From IMG/VR virus record IMGVR_UViG_3300021600_000393, positions 37,133 to 101,132 of that record: a stretch of DNA of 64,000 bases, one strand, 5' to 3'. Shown here piece by piece: positions 30,058-39,212 of this stretch. The translations under genes and the position numbers were made by a program. This DNA is from a virus (taxonomy: Duplodnaviria; Caudoviricetes). Below the pieces are notes generated by a model. It ran no database searches, was not told the origin of the DNA, and saw nothing but the letters and a program-made list of their open reading frames with translations. Position 1 is the first letter of the stretch; each line of letters opens with the position of its first letter.

Positions 30058-31131
30058 TTATAAAGGTAATCCTGAAATATATTCTGATGTTAGGTCAACC
30101 CAACCACCGTTAACGCTATATTTCCAAAATTGGTCAATGTTAACATACGATTCATATCCATAATCAGTATTAATAAACACACCACTAGCAAAAAATATTT
30201 CAAGAGAAGGTCTTGATGCTAAAATACTATTTGTTGCTCCAGATAAATTAGTTTTTAAATAATCAAATGCGTTTTCTTTAATTTTATTTGTCGCAAAAAC
30301 CATTCTTTTATTATATATTTGTTCTGTTGTTCCTGTAAACCCTGTTAATGTACTACTAAACGGCCACAAAATATCAATTAATTTATAAAACTCATAATCA
30401 CCGGAACCTGAATAAGTACTAAATGTTGGTGTACTAGCACTCCAAGTTGTTAATACCTCACCTATTGCTCCGGCTACGGCTCCACAAGTATTGTCAGTAA
30501 TACTATCTGTTTTATCTTTTCTAAACATTCTACCCGCACGACCATCTATTGTAACACCAATGTGTGGAGTACTTGTAATAAATAAAGTTCCGCCACTTGT
30601 AATGTGACTAGCCCATGCTCCTAATCCAACAGTTCCAACAAATGGAAACCCAGCCAAACCTCCTGACATAAACGGACCAAGAAATGTGTTCATAGAATTT
30701 GGAAATTGTCCAATATTATCAACTCCCGTAAAAACAGGTCCATCAACATCATCAGAACATATACCTTCGGCATAAATTATATCATTAGCAGAATAACCTT
30801 TACTAGTAATAAAACCTTTTGTGTATTCCCCCCAAGATTCAGATAATGTTGAGGATGAATACGATAAACCACCTTCCGGATTAACAACACTTCTAACAGT
30901 AGTTGTATAACCAGATTGTAATGGTGCTGGTTCTGCAACATTAAAATTATAAATGTAATTATATTCTAATACATTAATATTGTAACTACCATACGGATAT
31001 GAAGTTAAGTTATTAAATGGTATTGTTTTGATACCTAAATTTTGTAATGTTCCACCTGACGCTGGTGTAAAGGTAACCGCGGCGGTTTTACCTATTAAAT
31101 TATTACTGATAAATCTTAAACCTATTGACAT
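30058..31131 (-). CDS. LCIB/C-type (theta-like) carbonic anhydrase with an N-terminal virion-type module
   Basis: ICSDD, GPFMSGGLAGFPFVG.VG..AWASH, PHIGV..DG..G...R, TCGA; putative Cys/His/Cys Zn ligands present. Confidence 0.75.
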   Translation of the reverse strand: MSIGLRFISNNLIGKTAAVTFTPASGGTLQNLGIKTIPFNNLTSYPYGSYNINVLEYNYIYNFNVAEPAPLQSGYTTTVRSVVNPEGGLSYSSSTLSESWGEYTKGFITSKGYSANDIIYAEGICSDDVDGPVFTGVDNIGQFPNSMNTFLGPFMSGGLAGFPFVGTVGLGAWASHITSGGTLFITSTPHIGVTIDGRAGRMFRKDKTDSITDNTCGAVAGAIGEVLTTWSASTPTFSTYSGSGDYEFYKLIDILWPFSSTLTGFTGTTEQIYNKRMVFATNKIKENAFDYLKTNLSGATNSILASRPSLEIFFASGVFINTDYGYESYVNIDQFWKYSVNGGWVDLTSEYISGLPL

Positions 31132-31167
31132 ACTTATTTTTTTTGTTTTGTTTATAAATATCCGTAA

Positions 31168-31803
31168 TTATAATAAAATTTCTAATCTGATATCATTATT
31201 TGGTATAATGTCATCGTCTAAATTATTATCAGGAATATAATATGATATAATATCATTATTTAGTATTATTTCATCGTCTAAATTATTATCAGGAATATTA
31301 TATGATATAATATCATTATTTGGTATAGCAATCTCTGTTAAATCATTCGATGGAATATTTGTTGGTGTTGGTGTTGGATTGACTGGGTTAACACAACACG
31401 GAAAATCTGAAACATAACAAGATGTAAATTCTAAATCGTCAGCAATAAACGAATCTTGAATATTAATATATAATTTTTCTCTAGTTGGTGTAATTAAAAC
31501 ACCGTCACTATTTCTTAACATGAATTGACCTTCAAACCTTCCAGTTTTACTAGTGTCTTTTGAGGTAAATTGATAATATATATAATATTCTGGTTCAGCG
31601 TTTGGTTCATCAAAAGTTTTTTCTACAAACCCTGCAGGTCTAGATGAAATTTTTGGTATTCCACTTTCAATATCAGTCATTGAAAAGAATATTGATGAAA
31701 CTTCAATTAACTTCATAAAGTTATTGTAATCACTTCTACCGTCTTTAACAATTTGCAATTTTAATAAGGGTAACGTTGAATTTTTTTTAATTATAAATTC
31801 CAT
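31168..31803 (-). CDS. BppU-N-like virion structural protein with PT linker and acidic repeat tail
   Basis: FIIKKNSTLPLLKLQI...YYQF...DT...GRFEGQF; late motif upstream. Confidence 0.55.
   Translation of the reverse strand: MEFIIKKNSTLPLLKLQIVKDGRSDYNNFMKLIEVSSIFFSMTDIESGIPKISSRPAGFVEKTFDEPNAEPEYYIYYQFTSKDTSKTGRFEGQFMLRNSDGVLITPTREKLYINIQDSFIADDLEFTSCYVSDFPCCVNPVNPTPTPTNIPSNDLTEIAIPNNDIISYNIPDNNLDDEIILNNDIISYYIPDNNLDDDIIPNNDIRLEILL
31190..31327. repeat. 60-bp coding tandem repeat (about 2.3 copies)
   Basis: Lines starting at 31201 and 31261 are near-identical; encodes I(P/L)NNDIISY(N/Y)IPDNNLDD(E/D)I. Confidence 0.9.
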
Positions 31804-31893
31804 CTAAATTTTATTTATAAATACCTGAGAAAACAAAAATATTAACATCCGATATTGGATGAATTTAATTAAAAAAAAGTAATAAAGATTAAA

Positions 31894-33570
31894 TTAACAT
31901 TCTTTTCTTAATTCCGCCGCGTAATGATGAAATCTATGATGCTCAGTAGGTGTTAATAATAATATTCCGGGATTTATTAGACCTTTTACTGTTTCTTGAT
32001 AAGCGTAGGACATTAATGTTTGTTCAAACGGAGATTGGAATTTTGTTTCCAAATAACATCTAAAATTACCTTCTTTTGTTAAAAGAATTGGCCAGTTACA
32101 TAAATAAATATCACCTGATGCGTATGATAATCCTTTATGTGATTTAATATTTTTGAATACCGTATTAGGAGCATTTGGGTCTAATCCTTGAACAGGTAAT
32201 TTTGGTTTTTCAGGCCAATTTACCTCCCTAAATGATTGTGGGGTATTATACCAAGCAAATTGGATATCGTTAGACCCATAAAATTCAGTAAAGTTTAATT
32301 TTAAAAAATCAAAATTTTCTTTCTTTAAAATCTCTAATGATTTTTGATATAGGTTAGGAACATATCTATTGAAACCATTTCTACAAACCTCGCCTTTTTT
32401 TGAATAAAACTCCATGTCATCTTCGTAAAAATAATAGGCCGATAAATCTGTTGTATCAAAATGTTCGGCAATATAAACTCGGCCTCTAACAATACCAAGA
32501 TTTTCACCAGTACCAATCCTTTCAAACCCATATTCCTCACAAAGTTCTTGATATCTTGGAGTTGTTGTTAAATCAGTAGAATTGTCCAGTAAAAATTTTT
32601 TAGGTTTAAGTATAAAATCTTTATCGTATTCTAACATTGATTTAACTAATGTCTCAAATTGATTTGGGCTATTAAAAGTAATAACATAAAGCCCTACTTT
32701 ATTTACGTCTAAATTATTATTAACTAACATTTTACCTTCTGACTTAACTTTTAATTCATCATTTTTTAAATCTTCAAAAAACTTACCAATTAATCCGTTT
32801 TGTTCAATTTCAAAATAATTTATTATGTCTGGATGTTTATAACACATAATAGAAAAAAGACTTTCTTCAGTTCCCATGTACCCTTCATCTAATGTTGACG
32901 ATAATAATCCATAATAAATTGAATTAATATCTGATATAGTATGTTTAGGACCACCAAAAAATCCACCTCTAGCGACTTTATCAACTTTATTACCGGCAAT
33001 TGAATTTAATTTATTAAAATCAAATCCGTGAATTTCTGTTTCCGCTTGATATGGAAAAGTTATAAAAGAAAATTTTGAAATATACTTAGAAAGTTTATTT
33101 AAAACCTTATCATGTGTAAAGTAACCAGGGTGAACAGTATTTGTTAAACCGGCATCAATCCAAAACATGTATTCGGAATCAAATTTGTCTAAAATTTTAG
33201 CGTCATGAATTAAAAATATTTTACTCATGACTAATGGATTGTACATTTCTAATTTAGCTTGAGTAGACTCACCTAACCAACCCGATTTATTGTACCAATC
33301 AGGGTTTGTTCTAATAGTTTGTATTTTATCAAAATAATTGTTTGATTTAAACCAAGACACATCTCTTAAAATAAATTGAGTGTTTGATGGTGAACGTCTT
33401 TCCGATACAAATTTTTCTAATTCAGAATCCCCAAAAATTATTAAATTATTATCAATTTTTAATAATTGGTCAAACTTTTCTAAATAATGTGAAAATGTTC
33501 TAGACCAACCTTCAGTAAGTTCATCTCTTTTAATATTCCAAAGACCTGTAACTAATGTAATATTATCCAT
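31894..33570 (-). CDS. HtrL/YibB (WlaTC)-family glycosyltransferase fused to a GT-A domain
   Basis: ITLVTGLWNI, YNPLVMSK, YMFWIDAG, GGFFGG, GTEE; second domain LLDNS...YYFYEDD. Confidence 0.75.
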   Translation of the reverse strand: MDNITLVTGLWNIKRDELTEGWSRTFSHYLEKFDQLLKIDNNLIIFGDSELEKFVSERRSPSNTQFILRDVSWFKSNNYFDKIQTIRTNPDWYNKSGWLGESTQAKLEMYNPLVMSKIFLIHDAKILDKFDSEYMFWIDAGLTNTVHPGYFTHDKVLNKLSKYISKFSFITFPYQAETEIHGFDFNKLNSIAGNKVDKVARGGFFGGPKHTISDINSIYYGLLSSTLDEGYMGTEESLFSIMCYKHPDIINYFEIEQNGLIGKFFEDLKNDELKVKSEGKMLVNNNLDVNKVGLYVITFNSPNQFETLVKSMLEYDKDFILKPKKFLLDNSTDLTTTPRYQELCEEYGFERIGTGENLGIVRGRVYIAEHFDTTDLSAYYFYEDDMEFYSKKGEVCRNGFNRYVPNLYQKSLEILKKENFDFLKLNFTEFYGSNDIQFAWYNTPQSFREVNWPEKPKLPVQGLDPNAPNTVFKNIKSHKGLSYASGDIYLCNWPILLTKEGNFRCYLETKFQSPFEQTLMSYAYQETVKGLINPGILLLTPTEHHRFHHYAAELRKEC

Positions 33571-33572
33571 AA

Positions 33573-34199
33573 TTATTTTAATTTACAAACCCAAACCGCT
33601 TGAGAAAATTTATTTTGATTATATGACTTAAGATTATTTTCAATCACAGATTGTTCAATATCTGACTCAGTAATTTCACACCAGTTCCAGATTTTATCTT
33701 TAATCTCGGTTTCATAAACTTCTTTACTAAACGAATAATCATGGGCTAAAATATAATCGCCTTCTTTAATTAATTTTGAAAATATTTTAAACTCACCAAT
33801 TTTCCAACCTCCATCACAAAGAACAATTGTAACACCGTCTTGTTTTACAAAATCAACAACCTCTTGGTTAACACCACTCCAATCCTTATTAAAGATATTT
33901 TCAACTCTAACATCAATCCCTTTTTCTATCATTTGGTGGTACCAGGGTCTTTCAGAAATGTCATAAGACAAAATCTTGGTATTTAATTCTAATTCATCAG
34001 TAATAATTTTTAAAAATTCTGTAAACCCTCCTAAAGCAGTTCCAATTTCTAAAATTCTATTTGGTTTAACTTCCGAAATAAAATCATAAAAAACTTGGTA
34101 AGCGTTATGACTTTGTTGTGCCGTATGTCCTTTAAATGCGGACAAACTATCGTTTTGTTCAAGGTTAGTAAATCTTGTTATATTTTCTTGTATATTCAT
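33573..34199 (-). CDS. Class I SAM methyltransferase (CmcI/Methyltransf_24-like)
   Basis: ILEIGTALGG, LCDGG, ILAHD. Confidence 0.75.
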   Translation of the reverse strand: MNIQENITRFTNLEQNDSLSAFKGHTAQQSHNAYQVFYDFISEVKPNRILEIGTALGGFTEFLKIITDELELNTKILSYDISERPWYHQMIEKGIDVRVENIFNKDWSGVNQEVVDFVKQDGVTIVLCDGGWKIGEFKIFSKLIKEGDYILAHDYSFSKEVYETEIKDKIWNWCEITESDIEQSVIENNLKSYNQNKFSQAVWVCKLK

Positions 34200-34201
34200 A
34201 A

Positions 34202-34915
34202 TTAAAATCTTATATGTAAATTTCCTGATTTATCGTGGAATTCAAAACAGTTTGGAATAAACCCCCTAAAACTGTTCCAATCCCAATTCATTTCGGCCTC
34301 TAAAGCCGATACTCCAATGTCAAACCCATCTGGGTAATTTCTAATATTATTATGTATTGAATACCATAAAAATTCTTCCCATCTTCTAACAAAATATCTA
34401 AATTTCCAATTGTTTCTGAATACCATAAATTGTTCATTTACAACGTGAGCTTCATCCCATTTTGTATGTTCAAACACATGATAATCATATAACTTTCTAT
34501 CAAAAAAACAATCATTCATATTTTTTTTATGGTCCCCAACTTTTGATGGTCGTTCAAATAAAAAATCTAAATTATTTTTTTCCATATGATTAAATAAATT
34601 AAATAATTTATCTTCACTGAAATTATCTATCATTCTCCAATCGGCGTCATTGTAAATAATATAATCATATCCTTTATCTAAACAATATTTCAAGGATAAA
34701 ACTTTTAAATTTAAAAAAAATGAAAAACCTGGATTTCCGTCATCATATCGGTCAAGTTTAAAAAGGTCTAAATTTACTTTTGGACCCGCTTCGCAAATTT
34801 CATTAGTGGTAATGTTAAAATCTGCGGAACATTTTTCACTGTATTTAGTATAACATTCTGAGGCATTTTTTACATATGACTCTCCAACTGCTAGTGTGGT
34901 AAAAATATATTTCAT
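34202..34915 (-). CDS. GT-A glycosyltransferase (GT6-like)
   Basis: FTTLAVG..Y, K..SLK, YIIYNDAD (DxD). Confidence 0.55.
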   Translation of the reverse strand: MKYIFTTLAVGESYVKNASECYTKYSEKCSADFNITTNEICEAGPKVNLDLFKLDRYDDGNPGFSFFLNLKVLSLKYCLDKGYDYIIYNDADWRMIDNFSEDKLFNLFNHMEKNNLDFLFERPSKVGDHKKNMNDCFFDRKLYDYHVFEHTKWDEAHVVNEQFMVFRNNWKFRYFVRRWEEFLWYSIHNNIRNYPDGFDIGVSALEAEMNWDWNSFRGFIPNCFEFHDKSGNLHIRF

Positions 34916-35898
34916 TAGGTTTCAATAATTTTTTCTAAAAAATTTAGTGTGTAATCAAAGTCATAATAATCAGGTAATTTGTTGTCTACAAAAATTGGAG
35001 ATTCAATATACTTTCTATATAATGTTTCGTTATTATCAATTTCTTTAACTAAAGATAAAAAGTCATTTAAATCAGTAAAGTCGTGTAAATTAATAAAACT
35101 TTCAGGATTAAAACCTTCTTCTAAAATATGTTTATTACCAAAAAATATTGGAATTGCCCCACTAAAGAACGCATGATATATTTTTTCTTGTAAAATATAA
35201 TCTGTGTTTGTATAATGAATTGACATGTTAAACTTGTATTTTTGAAACAGACCTATCTTTTCTCTATAAGTTAAACCATCAATTCTACCAAGATACAAGT
35301 GATTTTGCCATTGGTACTTATTTAATGTCTCGTCACCATATAGTGTTTGTCTCCAAGGACCTGACGAACTAACCATTTTATATTCAGATAATTTATCAAA
35401 AACTTTGCTCCTAAAATCATTATTTGATGCTTGAGTTATTGAACAAAAACCTGTATTTCTTTTTGATATCACATTAAAATTTCTTTTTTCTGTTAACCAA
35501 TTTAAAGGACTATCAACTAATCTTGATTCATCATACAAAGTCCAAACATCAAAAACACCAGATGGTTGTCTTAAGTATTTGTCATGTTCAAATTTATTAT
35601 AACCTAGCGCCCATTGATTTTCATTTGCCAAAATTGGACTTCTAAAATCAGCAACTTCACCTGAAACATATAAAAATTTTTTATTTTTATCTGATTGATT
35701 ATGGTTTGTTGGTAATTTACCTGTATACGTATCAATTTGATTTTCATTATAATTTAAATCAGAATGGATTACAATATCAGGATTTATTGGGTCAATAACT
35801 ACATTATATTTTTTTGATAAAATAAATTTAAAATAATTCATCCAACTATGTTGACCAACATTTGGAAATCCTTGTCTAGTTATTCTAATTGTTTTCAT
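34915..35898 (-). CDS. GT10 alpha-1,3-fucosyltransferase-like
   Basis: NPDIVI, FCSI..SN..FR, KYKFNMSI..T..YI.EKI..AF.SGAIPIFFG. Confidence 0.8.
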   Translation of the reverse strand: MKTIRITRQGFPNVGQHSWMNYFKFILSKKYNVVIDPINPDIVIHSDLNYNENQIDTYTGKLPTNHNQSDKNKKFLYVSGEVADFRSPILANENQWALGYNKFEHDKYLRQPSGVFDVWTLYDESRLVDSPLNWLTEKRNFNVISKRNTGFCSITQASNNDFRSKVFDKLSEYKMVSSSGPWRQTLYGDETLNKYQWQNHLYLGRIDGLTYREKIGLFQKYKFNMSIHYTNTDYILQEKIYHAFFSGAIPIFFGNKHILEEGFNPESFINLHDFTDLNDFLSLVKEIDNNETLYRKYIESPIFVDNKLPDYYDFDYTLNFLEKIIET

Positions 35899-36589
35899 TT
35901 AAAATTTGGGTCAATTTAAGAGTGTTATCAGTATATGGTCCATTATCATGTATAATATACGCTTCCAAATTTAAAAGTGAAACTTCCTTACCTATTATCT
36001 TAACACAATCTTTTGTGTCTAATGTGCTAAAAAAGAAATCACGTTCTTGGTCAATAATAATATCGTCATTAAGTAGATATTGAATTGTCCATCTACCTTG
36101 GTCATCAATACCTGTCTGGTATTCTTTTTCAATAATATCTTTTAAGTGAGATACGATTTTATCGGTGTATCCAAAATAAGTACCAGAATTTAAATACTTA
36201 CTATCATTAATGGCTCGTTTGTTATCATATAGATGAGTATAGTTTGTTGGTGGCCATAAACCTTTTTCCGAGCCCATAATAAGACTACAATTTAAAGATT
36301 TAAACTTTTCTATAATACCTTCAGGAGATTTAATAAAGTTGGTGTCTGTGGCATCTAAAAATAGAATATAATCATATTTCCCAACAATGTTTGATTCAAT
36401 ATATTCTAACACTTTTACTGTTTTGTAAAAAAACAATTTATCATAATAAGAACCATTTGTTATTAACCCTGAATTTCTTACAACATGAATATCTTCAGGT
36501 GAAAAATACTTTAAAGCGTTCTTATAAAAAGATGGTTCATAATGTTCGGGGTAATCAAACAAAGAAGTTATTAAAGCAATATTTTTCAT
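35885..36589 (-). CDS. PLOD/LH3-type glycosyltransferase domain protein (start re-assigned to MKNIAL at 36589)
   Basis: ILFLDATD, SEKGLWP, YLNSGTYFG, DDQGRWT, IIIDQ..FF. Confidence 0.75.
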   Translation of the reverse strand: MKNIALITSLFDYPEHYEPSFYKNALKYFSPEDIHVVRNSGLITNGSYYDKLFFYKTVKVLEYIESNIVGKYDYILFLDATDTNFIKSPEGIIEKFKSLNCSLIMGSEKGLWPPTNYTHLYDNKRAINDSKYLNSGTYFGYTDKIVSHLKDIIEKEYQTGIDDQGRWTIQYLLNDDIIIDQERDFFFSTLDTKDCVKIIGKEVSLLNLEAYIIHDNGPYTDNTLKLTQILNENN

Positions 36590-36590
36590 A

Positions 36591-37229
36591 TTAATTAGTT
36601 GATATGTCTTTATAAAATTCATTTATTAAATCCGCGTCACTATAAAATATTTTATCTTCCGCAAAAAATTTATAAGGTATTTCGTTTTCCCAAAATATAA
36701 CAAGTTCTTTACCTAATGAATTTTTTAATAATTCATTTGAATCTTCAAAAACTTCAATAAATGAAAATTTTGGATATATACAGATTTTATTATCTTTCAC
36801 ATCAATTATTTGTTTATGGTGAGCATTACCTCTATATTTATTATCCCACAAAAAAGAAAATTCGTCAAATTTAGAAGGGATTGCAATATATCCTTTATTA
36901 GATATTTTCGGTAATAAATCTAACAATTGAATTGGGGTTATAACGTCTTCTAAAGTGTGAGAACAAATACTATAGTCAAATTTACCGTTTTGTTCTACAT
37001 AATTTAATAATTCAGACCAAGTATTTTTATTTTGAATATTAAAATCAAAAAATTTTACATCTTCTTTTTCAATTTTAACAATATCAGCAACAAATTTACA
37101 TTCGGGGTACGACCAAAATTGTAAAGACGCTCCAATATCAATTGTTTTATATCCATTATCTGAAATTATTTTTTTTACGTCACCGATTAAGTCTTTAACC
37201 GAATTATTATATTGCCAATGTGTTATCAT
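36591..37229 (-). CDS. SAM methyltransferase (Methyltransf_11/23-like)
   Basis: TIDIGAS, FDYSICSHTLED, GYIAIP. Confidence 0.75.
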   Translation of the reverse strand: MITHWQYNNSVKDLIGDVKKIISDNGYKTIDIGASLQFWSYPECKFVADIVKIEKEDVKFFDFNIQNKNTWSELLNYVEQNGKFDYSICSHTLEDVITPIQLLDLLPKISNKGYIAIPSKFDEFSFLWDNKYRGNAHHKQIIDVKDNKICIYPKFSFIEVFEDSNELLKNSLGKELVIFWENEIPYKFFAEDKIFYSDADLINEFYKDISTN

Positions 37230-37836
37230 ATTTTTTATTTAAGAAAAGTATATCTTGTTGAATTAAGTTGTAAGTCAAAGGGTGATTTATGTTACCAATA
37301 AGTTCAACAGGTTTAAAACCTATTTTATCCATATAATCATAAACAAATTCCTTTGTAGGGGCGTTTTTATTGTATTCAATTAAAGATATTTCCATTAAAA
37401 TACCTTTAGATTCTTTAATAATATCTAATCCTCCGTTTATAATATCAATTTCTGAACCTTGAACATCAATCTTAATTAAATCAAATGTTTGTTTATTTAA
37501 AATTTTTGAAAGTATTTGTGTTTGTTTTTTTTCTATAAGAATTTGGTCGTCATCATAAAAAGAGGTATTTTCACGATAAATTGAATTACCAGTGCATCTT
37601 GGTTCATTTTTTCTAATATAAAAATCAACTTCTTTTTCATAATCACTTAATAAACAGATTGAATAATCAACATTTAAAATTTCCAATGCCGGTTCGCAAT
37701 TTTCACTACCTTCTATTAAGTAATAATAAGCGTTGGGGAATATCAATTTACATTCATTATAAAATTGACCAACATTTGCGCCAATATCTAAAATTGAATT
37801 AGGGGTAAAATATTTTGTTATTAAATTTAAATTCAT
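37207..37836 (-). CDS. FkbM-family methyltransferase
   Basis: ILDIGANVGQF, LIKIDVQGSE..II.GG. Confidence 0.9.
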   Translation of the reverse strand: MNLNLITKYFTPNSILDIGANVGQFYNECKLIFPNAYYYLIEGSENCEPALEILNVDYSICLLSDYEKEVDFYIRKNEPRCTGNSIYRENTSFYDDDQILIEKKQTQILSKILNKQTFDLIKIDVQGSEIDIINGGLDIIKESKGILMEISLIEYNKNAPTKEFVYDYMDKIGFKPVELIGNINHPLTYNLIQQDILFLNKKYDNTLAI

Positions 37837-37839
37837 TTT

Positions 37840-39090
37840 TTATAAATTACCTGTTATTCTGTCACACCACCCTTTTGATTCTGAATGAGGCCAAACTACC
37901 CAATATTTTGGTTTTTGAGTTGTTGGAAACTCTCTCCATACTTTACAGTAATTATCTGGGTCGTTCATCATACGTTTAATTTCATTTATATCGGCATCTT
38001 TTCTAAAAATTGTTTCGTCTTTTTCAGTATGAAAAGCAACTACCCAAAAGTCATAATCTTTTTCAGGGACTTGATGAAATCCAATATCTATACAATGTTT
38101 AAAAATACTTGAAAAACTATTAATCCACTCTTCTTCTGTTTCGTAAATAGTTGGGTTTGGTGGGTAATTTTTATCTAACGTGTGTTGTTGTACCGCTCTT
38201 TTTGAAAATAATAAACCTGAATAAATTTCATAATCTTTTAAACTTCTTTCAGTCCCAAATCCATATTTACTAAAATCCATTGTAATTTCTTCACCATCCA
38301 TACCAAAAAGTTGTCTGTTTTTTTTATGTGATGTACTATTTTTTATTCCCCATTCTTTATCATCGTCCCATTGTTTTGTTCTTCCTTTTCTTGTGTATTC
38401 ATGCCAAATAGCAACTTTATGTGGGTGAAATAAATCGTATCCGTGAGTAAAAGCTCTAACAGCAATTGAAATTTCTTCACCATGAAAATAAAATTCTGGG
38501 TCATGTTGTACTTCCACAGAAAATTTTCCTAATGTGAAACAGAAATGAGCCGAATAAAATCTAGCAGGTACTGGTTCTTTTAAATCTTGCCATCCTGGGA
38601 TTGATTCTGGTAAGAAAAACACCGCTCCTTCAGGAATAAATCTATCAAACGCCATTCTCCAAGGTTCTCTAACTCTTTGTTCAGGGTCATTTTCAGGATT
38701 AAAAGATGAAACATATCCAGTTAAAAGAGGTTTTTCAAACCCTTTTTTTTGCAATTGTTTAATCATTTTAATAAAAGTTTCGTCCCAATTTTTTTCAAAT
38801 CTCATATGAGAATCGATTTGTAATGTATATTCTTCACCACCATAAAGTTGTTGAACTTGATTTCTTGCCCAACATACCCCTTTTGATTCGGAATATAATA
38901 CATCCGTAACTCTAAATCTTTTATCGTTTTTATATTCATCTAACACATCAAATTTATCATCCGGATGATATTGCCTACAAATACCAATAATTAATTTTTT
39001 TGGATTTTTAGCATTTTCAATCATACTTTTTAAAGTAGGGATTAATTGAGGGTCTCTATAAGACGCAATTTGGACAAAGATGTTATTCAT
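37840..39090 (-). CDS. GT60-family polypeptide alpha-GlcNAc transferase (Gnt1-like)
   Basis: IFVQIASYRDP, SKGVCWAR, LQIDSHMRF..WD, FHGEEISIAVRAFTHGYDLFHP, YGFGTERSL.DYE. Confidence 0.85.
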   Translation of the reverse strand: MNNIFVQIASYRDPQLIPTLKSMIENAKNPKKLIIGICRQYHPDDKFDVLDEYKNDKRFRVTDVLYSESKGVCWARNQVQQLYGGEEYTLQIDSHMRFEKNWDETFIKMIKQLQKKGFEKPLLTGYVSSFNPENDPEQRVREPWRMAFDRFIPEGAVFFLPESIPGWQDLKEPVPARFYSAHFCFTLGKFSVEVQHDPEFYFHGEEISIAVRAFTHGYDLFHPHKVAIWHEYTRKGRTKQWDDDKEWGIKNSTSHKKNRQLFGMDGEEITMDFSKYGFGTERSLKDYEIYSGLLFSKRAVQQHTLDKNYPPNPTIYETEEEWINSFSSIFKHCIDIGFHQVPEKDYDFWVVAFHTEKDETIFRKDADINEIKRMMNDPDNYCKVWREFPTTQKPKYWVVWPHSESKGWCDRITGNL

Positions 39091-39212
39091 GTTTAATAAT
39101 TTTATAAAAATAATAACTAAAAATAGAATAATGTGTACATTTTTAAAAAATTATTTTAAGATAATTTGGTTATAAAAACAACCATTAATTTGACTAAAGG
39201 TGTTGAGGTAGG

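Noticed and set aside
31190-31327. Possible CRISPR array
   Set aside because: Contiguous in-frame tandem units without unique spacers; no cas genes
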